From Tubiluchus corallicola (lineage: Eukaryota; Animalia; Priapulida): DNA of 64,000 nucleotides. Below are positions 1 to 12,177 of this stretch, in pieces; position 1 is the first letter of the stretch, and each line of letters opens with the position of its first letter. Location of the stretch: assembly GCA_030141605.1 (NCBI GenBank), contig JAQGDQ010000009.1, positions 248,001 through 312,000 on the forward strand, read 5' to 3'. Both the position numbers and the translations under genes were made by a program. The notes under the pieces are model-generated. The model had not been told where the DNA came from. It ran no database searches and saw only the letters and a list, made by a program, of their open reading frames with translations.

Positions 1-80
1 GCTAATTATTCTGTTACTTTGTCGGCGTCAACTAGACGAGATAGCGGTTACTATATTATCCGTGATAATTGGCTTCTGCT
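1..80 (+). repeat. Interspersed repeat fragment also present at 36397-36477
   Basis: TAATTATTCTGTTACTTTGTCGGCGTCAACTAG versus TAATTGTTCTGTTACTTTGGCAGCATTCACTAG. Confidence 0.55.
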
Positions 81-284
81 TTAAGTTTTTCATACATCGC
101 GCGCAAATTGATTTTGTTTTTAATGCCGTTTCAAATCAAACAATTAAAACTTTATCGCATTTCGCTAAAGCATCCAGTTACTATTTGTGTTTAATTTTAT
201 AAAGTACAATTACTACAATAATACAATCTTAATCCTAAAAACGCACGAAAGTCATACTAAATTAGAAAGTCCGAAAAATTCTTG

Positions 285-340
285 CACGTCCACTGTGACT
301 CGAACCCAGGCCTGCCGTTTTCCGGGCAGCTATCCTAATA
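285..340 (-). mobile_element. tRNA-derived fragment (SINE head or tRNA pseudogene)
   Basis: Minus strand ...CTGCCCGGAAAACGGCAGGCCTGGGTTCGAGTCACAGTGGACGTG: B-box GGTTCGAGTC in an imperfect T-arm; 5' end missing. Confidence 0.5.
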
Positions 341-978
341 TAAATATATTTGTTGGTTATTTACAAATCTTCTAGTATTTTACAGAAAAAAGCAATTATT
401 GTATCATCGTAATGCCTACAAGCAAGTGTAGCTGAAATCTAAAACCTACCAAGTTGAGGTGACACTCAGAACATGTAATAAATAACAAGTAGGATTTAGT
501 TTTCCCCTTCGTAACTAAATTGTCTTGCAATGAAGGCTGACGTAATTTTCCAAACAACACTGTCTGCCTTAGGCCTATTAGAAAAGCACGCAACATTATA
601 TTTAGGCTTTCATTCAAAATTATAGAAGACGATTTTTAACAAACAAACAAACGGCCTAACTACTTTTACTAAGACCTCAAGAGCAGAAGACGAAAAAGAA
701 GAACAAATCCGAGAAACTATATGAAATTAAGACAGCGAAACGTTAAATCACAAAACTAGTTCATTTTTAAAAAGAATTACATTTATCCCAAAACACCGTT
801 TACTGCAGTACTATTCCTTCTCTGTGTGGTCGTCATTTTAGGACAATGTATTAAGGCTCATTATGTAACAATGCAGCATTAAAATTATAAACAAGGATTG
901 CTACATTATGGAGCAAATCACAAAATCCGTCACTATGCCGGAAATCTTATAATTTAAGTACCAATTTTTGCCTTATTA

Positions 979-1300
979 TGTAACAGTCATTATGTACCAA
1001 AAATGATGCATTATTAGCAGATTAACGTAGGATTGATCGTAGTCTGCTGTTGAGTCTTGTCACGATCTGGGTACGGTCTAGTTAATAGAGTTGGGCCATT
1101 TTATTCTGTCCTAGATGTAGGTCTAGCTACAGCTCGATCTGTGCTAATCTGAGGTCTGATACACCAGAAAACATCCTGTCTAGGGTCTGATCTGTCTGAT
1201 AATTAGTTTACAGTTCTGGTCGAGCCGTGACAAAACTCAATCAGAGACCATGATTATCCTGTTACATAATGCATCATTTTTGTTACTTAATGATTGTTAC
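979..1300. mobile_element. MITE / foldback with long imperfect inverted arms
   Basis: Left TGTAACAGTCATTATGTACCAAAAATGATGCATTAT...AGGATTGATCGTAGTCTGCTGTTGAGTCTTGTCACG pairs with right CGTGACAAAACTCAATCAGAGACCATGATTATCCT...ATAATGCATCATTTTTGTTACTTAATGATTGTTACA. Confidence 0.75.
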
Positions 1301-3197
1301 ACAGTAATCTAAAATTTGCTAGTGGCGATTTGTGAATTTATGTAAATTAATTATTTACGTCAGCCTTTTAGAGGACTAATTTTCTTGGTGCTTATAAGAT
1401 TTATTAATTTCATTTCAAATAGACAGTATTATATCACAGACAAAATACGATATTCAGTTTATAATGAAAGACACAAAAAACATGAAAGTTTGATTTGTAT
1501 ATTGGTATGGCATTTTTGCCTTGCAAAAATTTATCCCCCGATTATCAAGATTTGCAGAAGGTCAACCGTCACTAAATAGAAATCTTTAACTGCAATCAGT
1601 GCTGGTCATTTCATTGGCCGCCAGTCACCAAGCTATTGTCTGAAATATGCAGTATGGCTAAGTGTGAAAACTGCAGTGATATGGCGACATCAAATAGCAA
1701 ATAGCTCTGACATGTATCGTACATCTCAGATCAGTCTCACATTACGTGTGCGTGTGCCTGTTTGGGATTTTTGTAAAAAAAAGCTATTAATGTCCAGGAA
1801 ACGTCATATGATTTAATCGATTTTATTCTATATCAATGTGATGCATTATCTGTAAATAAAATAACAATGCATTATCTGTAAATAAAATAACAGGGATTTC
1901 GGCTTGTTAAAATAAGCTTGTTAACTAACTTTTATACGCTTATAAACAACAACTATGATAAATAGAAATTATGATTTCGAATTCCTAAATTAAGTTTATG
2001 TAGTCACGTGAATATAATAATCAAATTTAACCTACATCTTTGCCTCTTTCAATCTTAAAATTAATCAAAATTCACAGCACAAAACGCATATATCAGCTTT
2101 AAGAATAACGAGGCCAGCATTCACTCAACCATTTCAACAGATAAGTAAGTGGTAACTATGCTAAAATTGTCCCACAGATTTGGAGACATTACGCACTTAT
2201 TTTTACATAGGTCAGTGTGGTAAGCAGGCGAGTATCTTAATTAAGCATCGTAATTACTCTTAATCACCAATTTCCAGTTACTCGACCAGATCTACTGCCA
2301 AAATAAAAAGATAAAATTAATTAAAAAATACAAAAATAAAAAATTACTGAACAGCATCCACCATTAGCCAAGTTTATAAGATTTTATGAATAATTTTTTG
2401 TAATGCACAGTAATAATACATATTTCTATTACAGAGAACTTATAATGAGCTCTGAAATGATAGAATGTCTGCCAAAACTGTCTGATAGATAATAAGTTTA
2501 ATAAGCAGCAGGAACGTGCAGGAAAGGGCACACGGACGTTTGCTCAATACCTTGAGCAGGTGAATTAACGAGCAGCTTTTATGTAACAAGAGATTCTAGA
2601 TAATAATTGCAACATGTGAAACTGATCTTGATTAACTGATCACGTGAGTAGCCTCCGTTTGATAATATGCTGACGTTTAGAGGCAGTAAAGGGGTTCCAG
2701 CGCATCCCACCGACTTACTTGGATAAAACTTTTGCAAGCAAAGCGATTTTCCAAATTATCTGTTAATACAGCGAGAACTCCAGTGTATCTCGCATGTATC
2801 TCTACTAACATGTAGAGTAGAGGTGACCTTTGCATGAATTAATGTACCTTCCAATAGGAACTTGTATGTCTGGTCATGTGATTAGAGCTTTATTCTCCCA
2901 GGCATGCAAGTTCCAGTTGGTCTTGAGACAGCATTTGGAGAGGTTGAAAGTTTTCTACTGTAGTGGTATCATAATGTGTCATAAAAGTTTATAATCTGTG
3001 AACATTTTACATTTTGCAATAAAATTGTTACAAGTTTTTTAACATCATAGCATATAGGCCTATATAAACACTGTAGAATGTGTGCGACACATTAATAATA
3101 AATTTGTTCACTTCATGAAGATATCGCTAAACTACAGCTCGTTTGATCTGATATTTAAGGCTTAAATTAACGTTATTATAAAGCATTGCAATCACGG

Positions 3198-3790
3198 TCA
3201 TTTCGGCAACAGACATTTGAGCAGCGAACCCTTGGGCAGCTGACAGTGGGCAGTGGACAATTGGGCAGCGGGATATTTACGCAGTGAACTTTTGGACAGT
3301 GAAAACTTGGGCAGTAGACAGTTGGTCGGTGGGCACTCAGTCCGTGGACACATGAGCTGTGGATATGTGGGTGACATGACATAACATAATTTTGTCGATT
3401 TTGGATACTATTGGTCCTTGGATGGTTTATTCTTCTATTTGCATTTGTTCTTTATTTTCTTTACCTGTCTGTTTAGTTGGGCAAAGGGATTTGGAACAGA
3501 GGATTCGACACACTCTATTGTTTGGACACGAGCTAATACAAAGCACTTTTTACCTTACATGTATTTTAATTGCTTTCCTTGATCGTTTCAATGAATTTTA
3601 TGGTCTATGTGGTAATAAGGGTTGACATAAACCACAAACTGTTCTTGTCTGTTCCGTTCAACATTATTCTATCTACTGCCCAAGTATCCACTACCCAAAT
3701 GACCCTGCCCAAGTTTCGACTATCCATGTGCCACTGCCCAAGTGTCTACTACCCAACTACCCATTGCCCACAGTGCCACTACCTATCTGG
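3198..3790. mobile_element. Foldback-type element with arms built from about 15-bp subrepeats
   Basis: Repeated TTGGGCAGTGGACA-like units at 3198-3372 and their reverse complement (ACTGCCCAA) at 3668-3790. Confidence 0.7.
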
Positions 3791-4394
3791 TCCCTATAAC
3801 AACCTAGACTGTTCCTCTGGCTGTCGACAGACAAAATGTTTGGATTGAATACTTCCAAGCTTTGTGCGTGTGGTGTGGTAGAACTACTGGCGAATTCAAT
3901 TGCCTCAGCAAAGCAACTATTGCATTCATTCAGCCTTGCAGGCATGTTTGGCTTTAACGTAGAGCATTTTTTCTTGATTTATTAACTAAATTTATATAAA
4001 GTGTGCCAATTTGTAGTGACTATTTGAGAATATATAAAATAACAACGATTCAACATTGGAATCCAAGTGTCCAATATTGTATTAAATCGTAAATAATAAC
4101 AAGATCAAGTTTTAAGCTACTACACTAGAGGTCCACCAATCAATCACTTACACACGTATTGCATTTAAATACGCATAATAAAATATAATTAGTTTTATAG
4201 TGATTGTAGGCGTACATACGATCCTACACGCACAACCTACAATACATAAGGATTAAACGTTGTTGTGTAATTTATAGAAGCTTTGATGTCATAATCTTGT
4301 ATTTCGCAGCTGCACTAACGAAAATGTCAAAATGCCATTGAGAATGTTATCGAAGTCCTGAGAAATAATGCTTCCTAAGACATAATCTCCTGCT

Positions 4395-4640
4395 GCGCGT
4401 TCGGACTAGCGAGATTTCTCAAGTTAACTCGCCAAGTAATTAACTCCCGAGGGTGTTCAGACTAGAGACCATAGCTTGCTTGCGAGAAGTGTCGTCAAGA
4501 GTAATTCGTCCAGGCGTTCACACTAGACAGGAAATCAACTCCCAGAAACTGCCGAAAGTTTGCAATTTCTTGCTGAGACTATCTCGCAAAACAATTGACA
4601 CAGAGAAAAGTCGCGACAGAAAACTAGTCTGCAAGCGCTG
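4395..4640. mobile_element. MITE (GCGTTCAGACTAG-type TIR), related to 61035-61315
   Basis: GCGCGTTCGGACTAG...CTAGTCTGCAAGCGC termini with internal GTTCAGACTAG and GTTCACACTAG repeats. Confidence 0.6.
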
Positions 4641-5340
4641 TTAGTCTTTGTTATGATCGTCTCAATGTGGACAGTCATTGTTCACAATTTGTGTAGTTGA
4701 GATTTCGTAGGCCTATTTATTGTTACAGTAAGCCGCAAAAAATTGTTAAACAGCGCGATTAACCTTCCGAGGTCTGCTGTCACAGAAATTCGCGCCACTT
4801 GGTCGTGAATAGGCTTTGCTTTTTTCACACAGCTGAATGGCCTAGGCAACCTCAACATATTTGCACGCATGATTCAGACAGACGTATTGCCAATGTCATA
4901 AAATTTGAAAGGAAGCCAACCTGCATCACGTGACTTAAGTTTTAGTTTAGGAGTTAACTTCAATTATCAATCACACCGCGTTCTTTACACGTAAACAAGT
5001 TTTCTGTTGTCGCCATGCCGTTAAGTGGTACCTGAATTACCTTGCCATTATAATTTAACAGCCAATTAGTCATTTTCTGAATCGCGTTTCAAGCACCTTT
5101 CTGTTTTATTATTTTTATATATAGCAGGTCTGTTACACAGTTGAATGATGATTTTGCCCTTTCTTTGCCTGGACTGGGCGCCACCTGTCGTAAATAGGTA
5201 ACGTAAATAGGAAAATCTCGTCACGTGCCTCTACTTCTGCTTTTGCTTTTAGTTTAAACAATATTTTTATTTGATGAGAAGTACTACAATCATAAATACA
5301 TTTATGATAAAGAAACAATGGGTAATTAATTAATCAAATG

Positions 5341-5399
5341 CTGATTGGCTAACAGGTATAATCTATATAAAAGCCTTCAGTGAGTAGATACGTCATTTT
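5341..5399 (+). promoter_or_regulatory. RNA polymerase II core promoter: inverted CCAAT box, TATA box, initiator
   Basis: CTGATTGGCT (5341-5350, NF-Y consensus), TATATAAAAG (5364-5373), and TCATTTT (5393-5399) with the A about 30 nt after the TATA box. Confidence 0.55.
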
Positions 5400-5961
5400 T
5401 AAATTAGGGACACGATTACAACAACTGTTAGTTGTGCATTAAGTAGAGCGAGATTGAGAAAGATATGCAATTTTTTAATAGTGGGTGTGCGAAAATGTGG
5501 TACAAGTTGGTTATGACGTGTTTGATGTTGATGTTAAGCTACAAAAATTAAATAACTGATAATGAAGGTAATGAAACATGAAAGATGGAAGTAATGGGGT
5601 AATTTTGCTTTTGCTTTTTCTACTTTTGCTTTTTGCGTACACACTGTCTGCCATCTTTGAGTTTCATTATTCAAATTTAAGACGATTCGCTCAACTTAAT
5701 CAAAAACGAATGAACTTACATCACACTAACTAATAGACAATAAATTTTCAGTTCGGTTCTAATAATAATAAGTGCAAATGTTTCTTCTGAACTGCAAAAT
5801 GTACTCTCACCGCCAGCCACATTGCTTTCAGTGATTACCTACTCTAATGCATTTATTGCCGTTACAAAATATACTCTAAGGAAGCCTACTTCACTCAAAG
5901 TGAAAGACAGGAAGCGTCTCCAATATCTAGTTCGGAAGGGAGCTTGAAGTTCCCTTAATCT

Positions 5962-6629
5962 TTAAATGGGGTGTGCAGTAACATGAAACCATAAAAAAGT
6001 AAAATGCAACGAACTGTTTTTTCCAAATCTAGTGACGAGGAAACTTAATATGGCAAAGACGAACCTAACTCCGATTTAACTTCAGCTCAAAACAATGTAC
6101 CATCTAAATTCTAAAATATTGAAAAGGAACATATTATTTTTTCAAGAATAACTGATGTGAAAGGATTATTGCCATAGAAACGAAATATTGTGTTCGCGCG
6201 GCTAGTTCTTCGCTGTTACATGTATTTCGCTATTCGTTTATCAGATGGGAACTAGTGCCTGTACATCGGAAACGTGTTGCATAAAAGCAGGTGCTGTGCC
6301 GTCTCAGTTCAGAGGTGTTCAGTTGTGATGTAGTACACATGCCCGAAAGCTCATGCACGAGCACAGCAGTAAATGTTAAATTTTAATTTTAAGCTAGAAA
6401 TTTGTCGGGTTTTTGTATATCACACTGAATGTTGTACATTAGCACTGCAGTTTTCGCTTTAGCAATCACGTGAAACACGCTCATGGAATGTTTATGCTTT
6501 TGAAAATTATGTTCAATTGTGATCAATAGTTGGGCTCGCCTTCGGTTAATTAAGTTTTTAATCTATTGATTTTTTAAGTATTTTTATGCACACACAAGAA
6601 ATAGACACTTAATGGGGTTGCCCTCTTAA
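5962..6629 (+). mobile_element. Interspersed repeat family B, copy 1 (about 670-700 bp, TTAA-flanked, THAP relic)
   Basis: Colinear with 18916-19582 and 27429-28134 (shared GCTGTTACAT..., CAGTTCAGAGGTGTT.AGTTGTGA.GTAGT, GAAAATTATGTTCA). Encodes IKAGAVPSQF. Ends are approximate. Confidence 0.75.
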
Positions 6630-8492
6630 TGATTTGTAAATGTAACTCTCTTAGCTGTAACTGTAAAAATAACTTTATACTTAATTTAAGCTTTTACATT
6701 TGAACTTGTAAGAGCTCGTCTTACATTATTTCGCATGACACACTACGTAGACAAACGCACATGTCTGACTTTCCTCCGAATTCCTCCTTCGGTGCTCGTA
6801 AACTAGGCAGCTACAAATTTGACACCGGCCACGACAAATGTCGTAGATACGCATACGTCTACGTAGTATTTGCTAATAAAATTAGAATACACTCGGCAAA
6901 TGTCCGTGGCTGTGACTGCCTCAAGTTTGGTCGATATAATGATAATTACAGTTGGCTATCATTGGATAAATTGTTCTGTTTGCGGCTTGGGAATAAATTA
7001 GCACCATGCGTAAATTATCCATGATGTGTATAATGTTCTTATTATTGTACTGTAATGAATGCGCGATGTAGGTAACGCCAAATTCAGCATCTGCGTGGAT
7101 AATATTTTACTCTCTGATTGATAATCATGTCGACTTGGACAAGACGCATCGTTTAGAGCGTGTTCGCACGTCTGAAAACTACTTACAGAACAATGAATCC
7201 TTCACTTAAAGCGGAAGAAAACTCTTTACTTGCATAAAGTTAAAAATTTGTCTTGAAGTTTTGTATCATCTACATGCAATCTTATTACGCACAGAGCTTG
7301 TAATAGCAGTAACGTTGTACAAAACTTTAAATTTTAAACTCATGCGGTGACAGTACGTTGCAGCAATTTTGACGGTTACGTTTGAAACAAATTTATATAA
7401 AGGTCTATTTACACGGTGCGTTCTTGATGCAGACATGAGGCATGAGTGAAACGCATCCGTCAAAAACGTACCATGTAAACTGTACATACGATCCGATTCT
7501 ACGACTCATGCGTTAGACGCCTGCACAACACTCGTGTTCTAATTTCTTGCGACATCGTAAGCAGGAGGCAAGAATCCTGCCAATCATGTAAGTGAGATTG
7601 GGTCACGTGTTCGCTTCGAAGAAGGAAAAGGACAGTGATAACTACAAGAACTTGCAGCAAAGTAAATGGGCAACAATGCCATTGATTAATCACTATAGGA
7701 TTGTGGGATTTAACTTTATTGTTTTGTAATCATTGTTGAAGTCTTGTTTTTTCTTATAAATCATTCAATAAGATGAATAAAACCTTCATTTAAATCGCGA
7801 TTTAAATTAATGAAGTTGTTTTTATTGATACATACCAATCTTCGATTGGATGATGCCAATTTACAGTAAGAAAAATGACCATTCACAAATTGGTGAAAGA
7901 CTGATTTCTGTGTTATGAAAGAATATGTAACTTTACTAAGACAGATTTGATTTCTTTTGCAGAATTTCAAGCGTTCTAAACTGGTAATACTACTTTGCCA
8001 GTCTATCTACAAAGATACAACACATTGGAGGAATAACGAGCAGAAGGAAGATAAATCTAAGTTTGACAGAGCAACAGCAGATGACAACACTATAGGAGAA
8101 AAGAATGAAAAAATGAATAAAAATCCTCTTACCAATTAGAAGACTACTACCAAAAATTAAGAAATGAGAATACCAAGTTTATTTTGTTGAAAAAAATCAT
8201 ACTTTTGTTTTTTTAATCCTAACTTTTGCAAATCTATAGTTCTAAATCACATCACAAATGAAGGATCATGGGTGAAAGTTCTGCAGAAGAAATTGAATCT
8301 CTCATATTATTTCAAGAACTTTCGGTCTAATTCTTGGTGTGAACCTGTGCAAGGAGTACAAGAACCGATGCCATGACAATTTTCTTTAGTTGGCGTTTAC
8401 TTGTTGACCCCATGGCAGCCTGCTGTTGGACGTACAGGACGCACAAGCAAGACGCATCGTGTAAATAGATTCACCCTGGCGTCTAAACCTCG

Positions 8493-9291
8493 TTAATAAT
8501 AAGTTTATTTATCATCATTACAACCAAAAGGTTGAATTACAGTACAGCATAAAATTGCAATATAAAAATTTTAAAAAGAATAAGCCAGTTAGAACGTACA
8601 GCGACAAGAACTATTACACTGTTACAAGATACATGAACAGAATAAATTAAAATTAAATGAGTCAAACGCGTTTGGAAATTAAATAAGCCATATGGGATAA
8701 AACTGTTCTTGAATCTCTCTGTTCTGCATCTAGGTAAGGGGTGTTCCAAATGGTGGCAAGTAGAATATCTGTGAGCATGGGCATCTGGCAACAGCGTGTG
8801 GATTTCATTATTTGGATTTTGAATTGATAAAACAATTTTTTGCAAGAATTTTGGCGACGGTTAAATAATGGTTGAAGAATAGCCAAAATTAGAGCATTTG
8901 TATAGCTTTCATTTGGAAAAATTATTTTCAATGAGCGCTTTTGAACTGTTTCTAACAAATCAGAGAGATGCCTGCAAGCGTATTCAACAACTGGCTTACT
9001 CAAGGTGCAGAACATTTTTATCACATCACTAGACGTTGTCCCAGCTATTTTCATTAGTCGCAAAAGATAAATTCTTTTACTCGCTTTAGCATAAATTAAA
9101 TGTTTAACTATTTGTACGCCTAAAAGTTTAACCGAATCAACTCTTTTTACCATCATATTAGAGACGGTAATAAAAGGAATATCAGGAGTCTTAGTCATGA
9201 AAATCACAATAATTTCATTGAATTTAGACAAAGTCCATAAACGCATGTGTTTTCGACGCACGTCTAGAACGTACTGTGTAAATAGCCCCAT
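8493..9291 (-). mobile_element. 5'-truncated, degenerate non-LTR retrotransposon (L2/Crack/CR1 group), C-terminus of ORF2 plus 3' UTR
   Basis: VDSVKLLGV...KASKRIYLLR...SKPVVEYAC...LETVQKRSLKII...LFNRR, then a frameshift to PRCRTERFKNSFIPY. The 3' UTR ends in AATAAA plus a short TTA repeat. Confidence 0.85.
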
Positions 9292-9954
9292 AACATTGCG
9301 TAAAGTTTGAAAAAATAATCAGAGCATTCATAGCGCACTCTTCACTAACTAAGCAGAAGTATAAATTCATGTAGCTTGTCAATAAGTGTAATAAAGTGCT
9401 GTAGAAACGTATAGGTAGTACAAGTTGTTAAGCAAGTATATATTTACAGCTATATACACACACGTACGAAGAGATTATATTGTCAATCTACAGAGCCTAC
9501 ATGGCGTCTAACTAACCAACTACTTGTGTACGTGATGGTCTGACTTATATATGTGCGCTCCCGATATGATTCAATTCCGGAGGCGCCTCTTTTTACATAA
9601 GATTAAAAATTGCGTTTTTTGCCGAGTCAATGGTCCATACTGGGAAGCTGAGTCAGTCACATTTTACAGTTGGAGCGAACATTTTAAATTACTAACAATT
9701 TTCTTTTCTATATCTTTCAAGCAGGTAAGCATAATGCAAAGCATCATAACTTTGTGTGGAATGTTTTAGGACATATTTTGAAATTGCTTTTTCTTCCCGT
9801 TTAATATGCAGCTACATGGTTTCACATTGCAGTTAGGAACAACATCATCATGACCAAAGACGCCTGGTATCGTGTCCATGCATTTAACCACTTGTGACTT
9901 GTTAAATAATAAAGTCGGCTGCTAAGTAATAGTTTGCTAAAAATACATATGACC

Positions 9955-10161
9955 AGACGACAGTATATGTTAGTGGTAACGCGGTCCGGTTTCCGTCTGA
10001 AAGGCTGTGAGTTCAATACTGCCGCTGAGTAATACCAAAGACTAAAAAAGGTACCTACTGTTGCTCTGCCTGGCGTGTGGTATGTGGCTTAGAATTGTTA
10101 TTTACAGTCGGTAACAAATGCTTCATGTCATGACTATTGTTGTTGTTGTTGTTGTTGTTAC

Positions 10162-10245
<84 letters not shown>
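9955..10245 (+). mobile_element. tRNA-derived SINE, probably MetaSINE superfamily, with microsatellite tail
   Basis: A-box-like TAGTGGTAA and B-box GAGTTCAATACT (10009-10020), then ATACCAAAGACTAAAAAAGGTACCTACTGTTGCTCTGCCTGGCG, which resembles the Meta domain as I recall it. The tail is (TTG)n(TTA)n(TTG)n. Confidence 0.65.
10137..10245 (+). repeat. Compound (TTG)n(TTA)n(TTG)n microsatellite
   Basis: Directly visible. Confidence 0.95.
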
Positions 10246-12090
10246 ATCAATAAATTTAATAATTTTCAAAAGCGTAATCTCAAGCAGACTGTAGATGAAT
10301 TTATTATTAAATACTACTTGTCGCAGCTGAGAAAGCCGTGTTGTCTAAATAATTCTGTTGAATGATTTAAAGCTGAATGATTCTGTTGAATGATTGAAAA
10401 GTAAATATTCAGTCGACTAGTGGAATGAATTTGATCGACCTGTGGCGACGTCATAGCATGGCGATGCCACCATGAAAAACATTCTTACAGCAGGTTTTTA
10501 TTATAAAACGACGATTAACGACCATCATAACATGTTTTAACTGACACGAAACACTTCTATCAAATGTTCTAAATGGCCGTTAAGACGAGATCACGAGGCG
10601 AGAGAAAAGGGAAAAAGGGCTACTTGGAACCTTCACTTTGCACCTTCACATGCACTTCGCCTGCTAGTAGTTTACAACACGGTAAAAAAGAAAATTATAC
10701 TAAAATATACCCACCCACTTTTGTTAAATGAAAATGACAATGGACTAAATAAATTGACGAAGAATCCTCCGCATTGTGTAAAATCAACTCTCGCGCACTT
10801 TGTCTATTAATTTTTAGCACATTTTTATGCTCTTTTGTTGACATTTATTTATTACTGAACACACTTGTCACTCCGTCTGCCTATAACTGTCTGTTCATGA
10901 CAAATTTTTGTGTTTTATCTGTTACGAATTCCACAATAATTGCAATGCGCGGGAACATCAATGTGTATATATTGCGACCATGATTAACTCGTGTATACCT
11001 GAATGAGCAAAGCTTGTTACCATGGTAATGCAGCTTCACAGAGGAAGCCGAGAGACGCTGTGTGGTTCGGGCTGATGTTTTCGTGTTTACCTGCCTCGCT
11101 GCTCGCTCAATTCATGTATAATTTTATTATCAAATATCGAACACCTGCAGGGCTTACTATAGTATTAGCACTCGAAGCTATTAACACATGGCAGTTTTTT
11201 CTAAAAAGAACCCGTTGTTTTTCACTGTAGTGCTTTTTCACTAGCTTTTTTTCATAAAAACGATTTTGTTTACAAATGTTAGCCAATCTACCATTTTCAA
11301 CATACTCTGTTATGGTTATTATTGCGAACATTCCATAACCTCGACTACATTAATATGAAGCGTTCTTGTATCTTTTAACTTTTTTTAAAGCTTTGAACGA
11401 ACTGTATACTATACGAAAGTTTTTTGTTTGTTCAGTATGCGATTCTCAAGGCTTAAGCTTAGTTGTGGAACTAAAGTTATTACTTTTTTGTTAGCAAAAG
11501 TACTTTCTCAATGTAGAGGATACATTTTAGCTGTTAAATGCATTCGAATTTGGGTAGTTGCGACAGTAGTGCAACCTTGATCGTAATTCGATTGACGATT
11601 TGCGCATTGTCAAATAAGCAAGTTAAAATGATTAATGCTAATAGTGAAGAAAAACTGAACTTGTAAAAGTGAAGAAAAATCGTAATAGGCAACTTTTCTA
11701 TTTATATAATTTTCACGTTGAGTACACGTGAAAAACAGAATTTATCGATGAAGAAGACGCGGTTACGTGAGCTGTAACCACTCACTGGAATGAAGAAATA
11801 AATCCGAAGTTCTAAACTACCTGTTTTTCAAATGCGCCTGTAGATAACACACTCCTAAACTCATATTTGCTTCTAGATAAGTTTACTACCAGTGGAAGTT
11901 TCGTTGAATTATTAATCTACTGTTACTCAAAGTTTTCCGGGATAATATTAGTAGTAGTGGCAACAAATTTTCTGTTTTTTTAGGAAAAATGACAAGCAAG
12001 TTAGAATTGAATATTATGTAAATGGTGGCCTAAAACCAAATTAGTTAAGTTTTGACACCAAAAACGGAAAACAGGAAATGTGAAGAAGTT

Positions 12091-12177
12091 TGGATACAGC
12101 CTGGAATTGAACCAGGGACTTCTGTTTACAAAATGGTCTAAGGTGTCTGTCTTGTAAGCAGAAAGTCCCTGGTTTAA
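12091..12177. pseudogene. Two partial tRNA-Thr(TGT)-like sequences joined in inverted orientation
   Basis: Minus strand: TTGTAAACAGAAGTC-CCTGG TTCAATT CCAGG-CTGTATCCA (perfect T-arm). Plus strand: AATGGTCTAAGGTG-TCTGT CTTGTAA GCAGA-AAGTCCCTGGTTTAA (D-loop, anticodon arm with TGT). Neither half is a complete tRNA. Confidence 0.6.

Noticed and set aside
3176-3848. Cys/Pro/His-rich ORFs suggesting a metallothionein-like protein
   Set aside because: They arise from the 15-bp subrepeats of a foldback element and occur symmetrically on both strands.
12091-12177. Functional tRNA gene
   Set aside because: Neither strand has a complete cloverleaf with both acceptor-stem strands.
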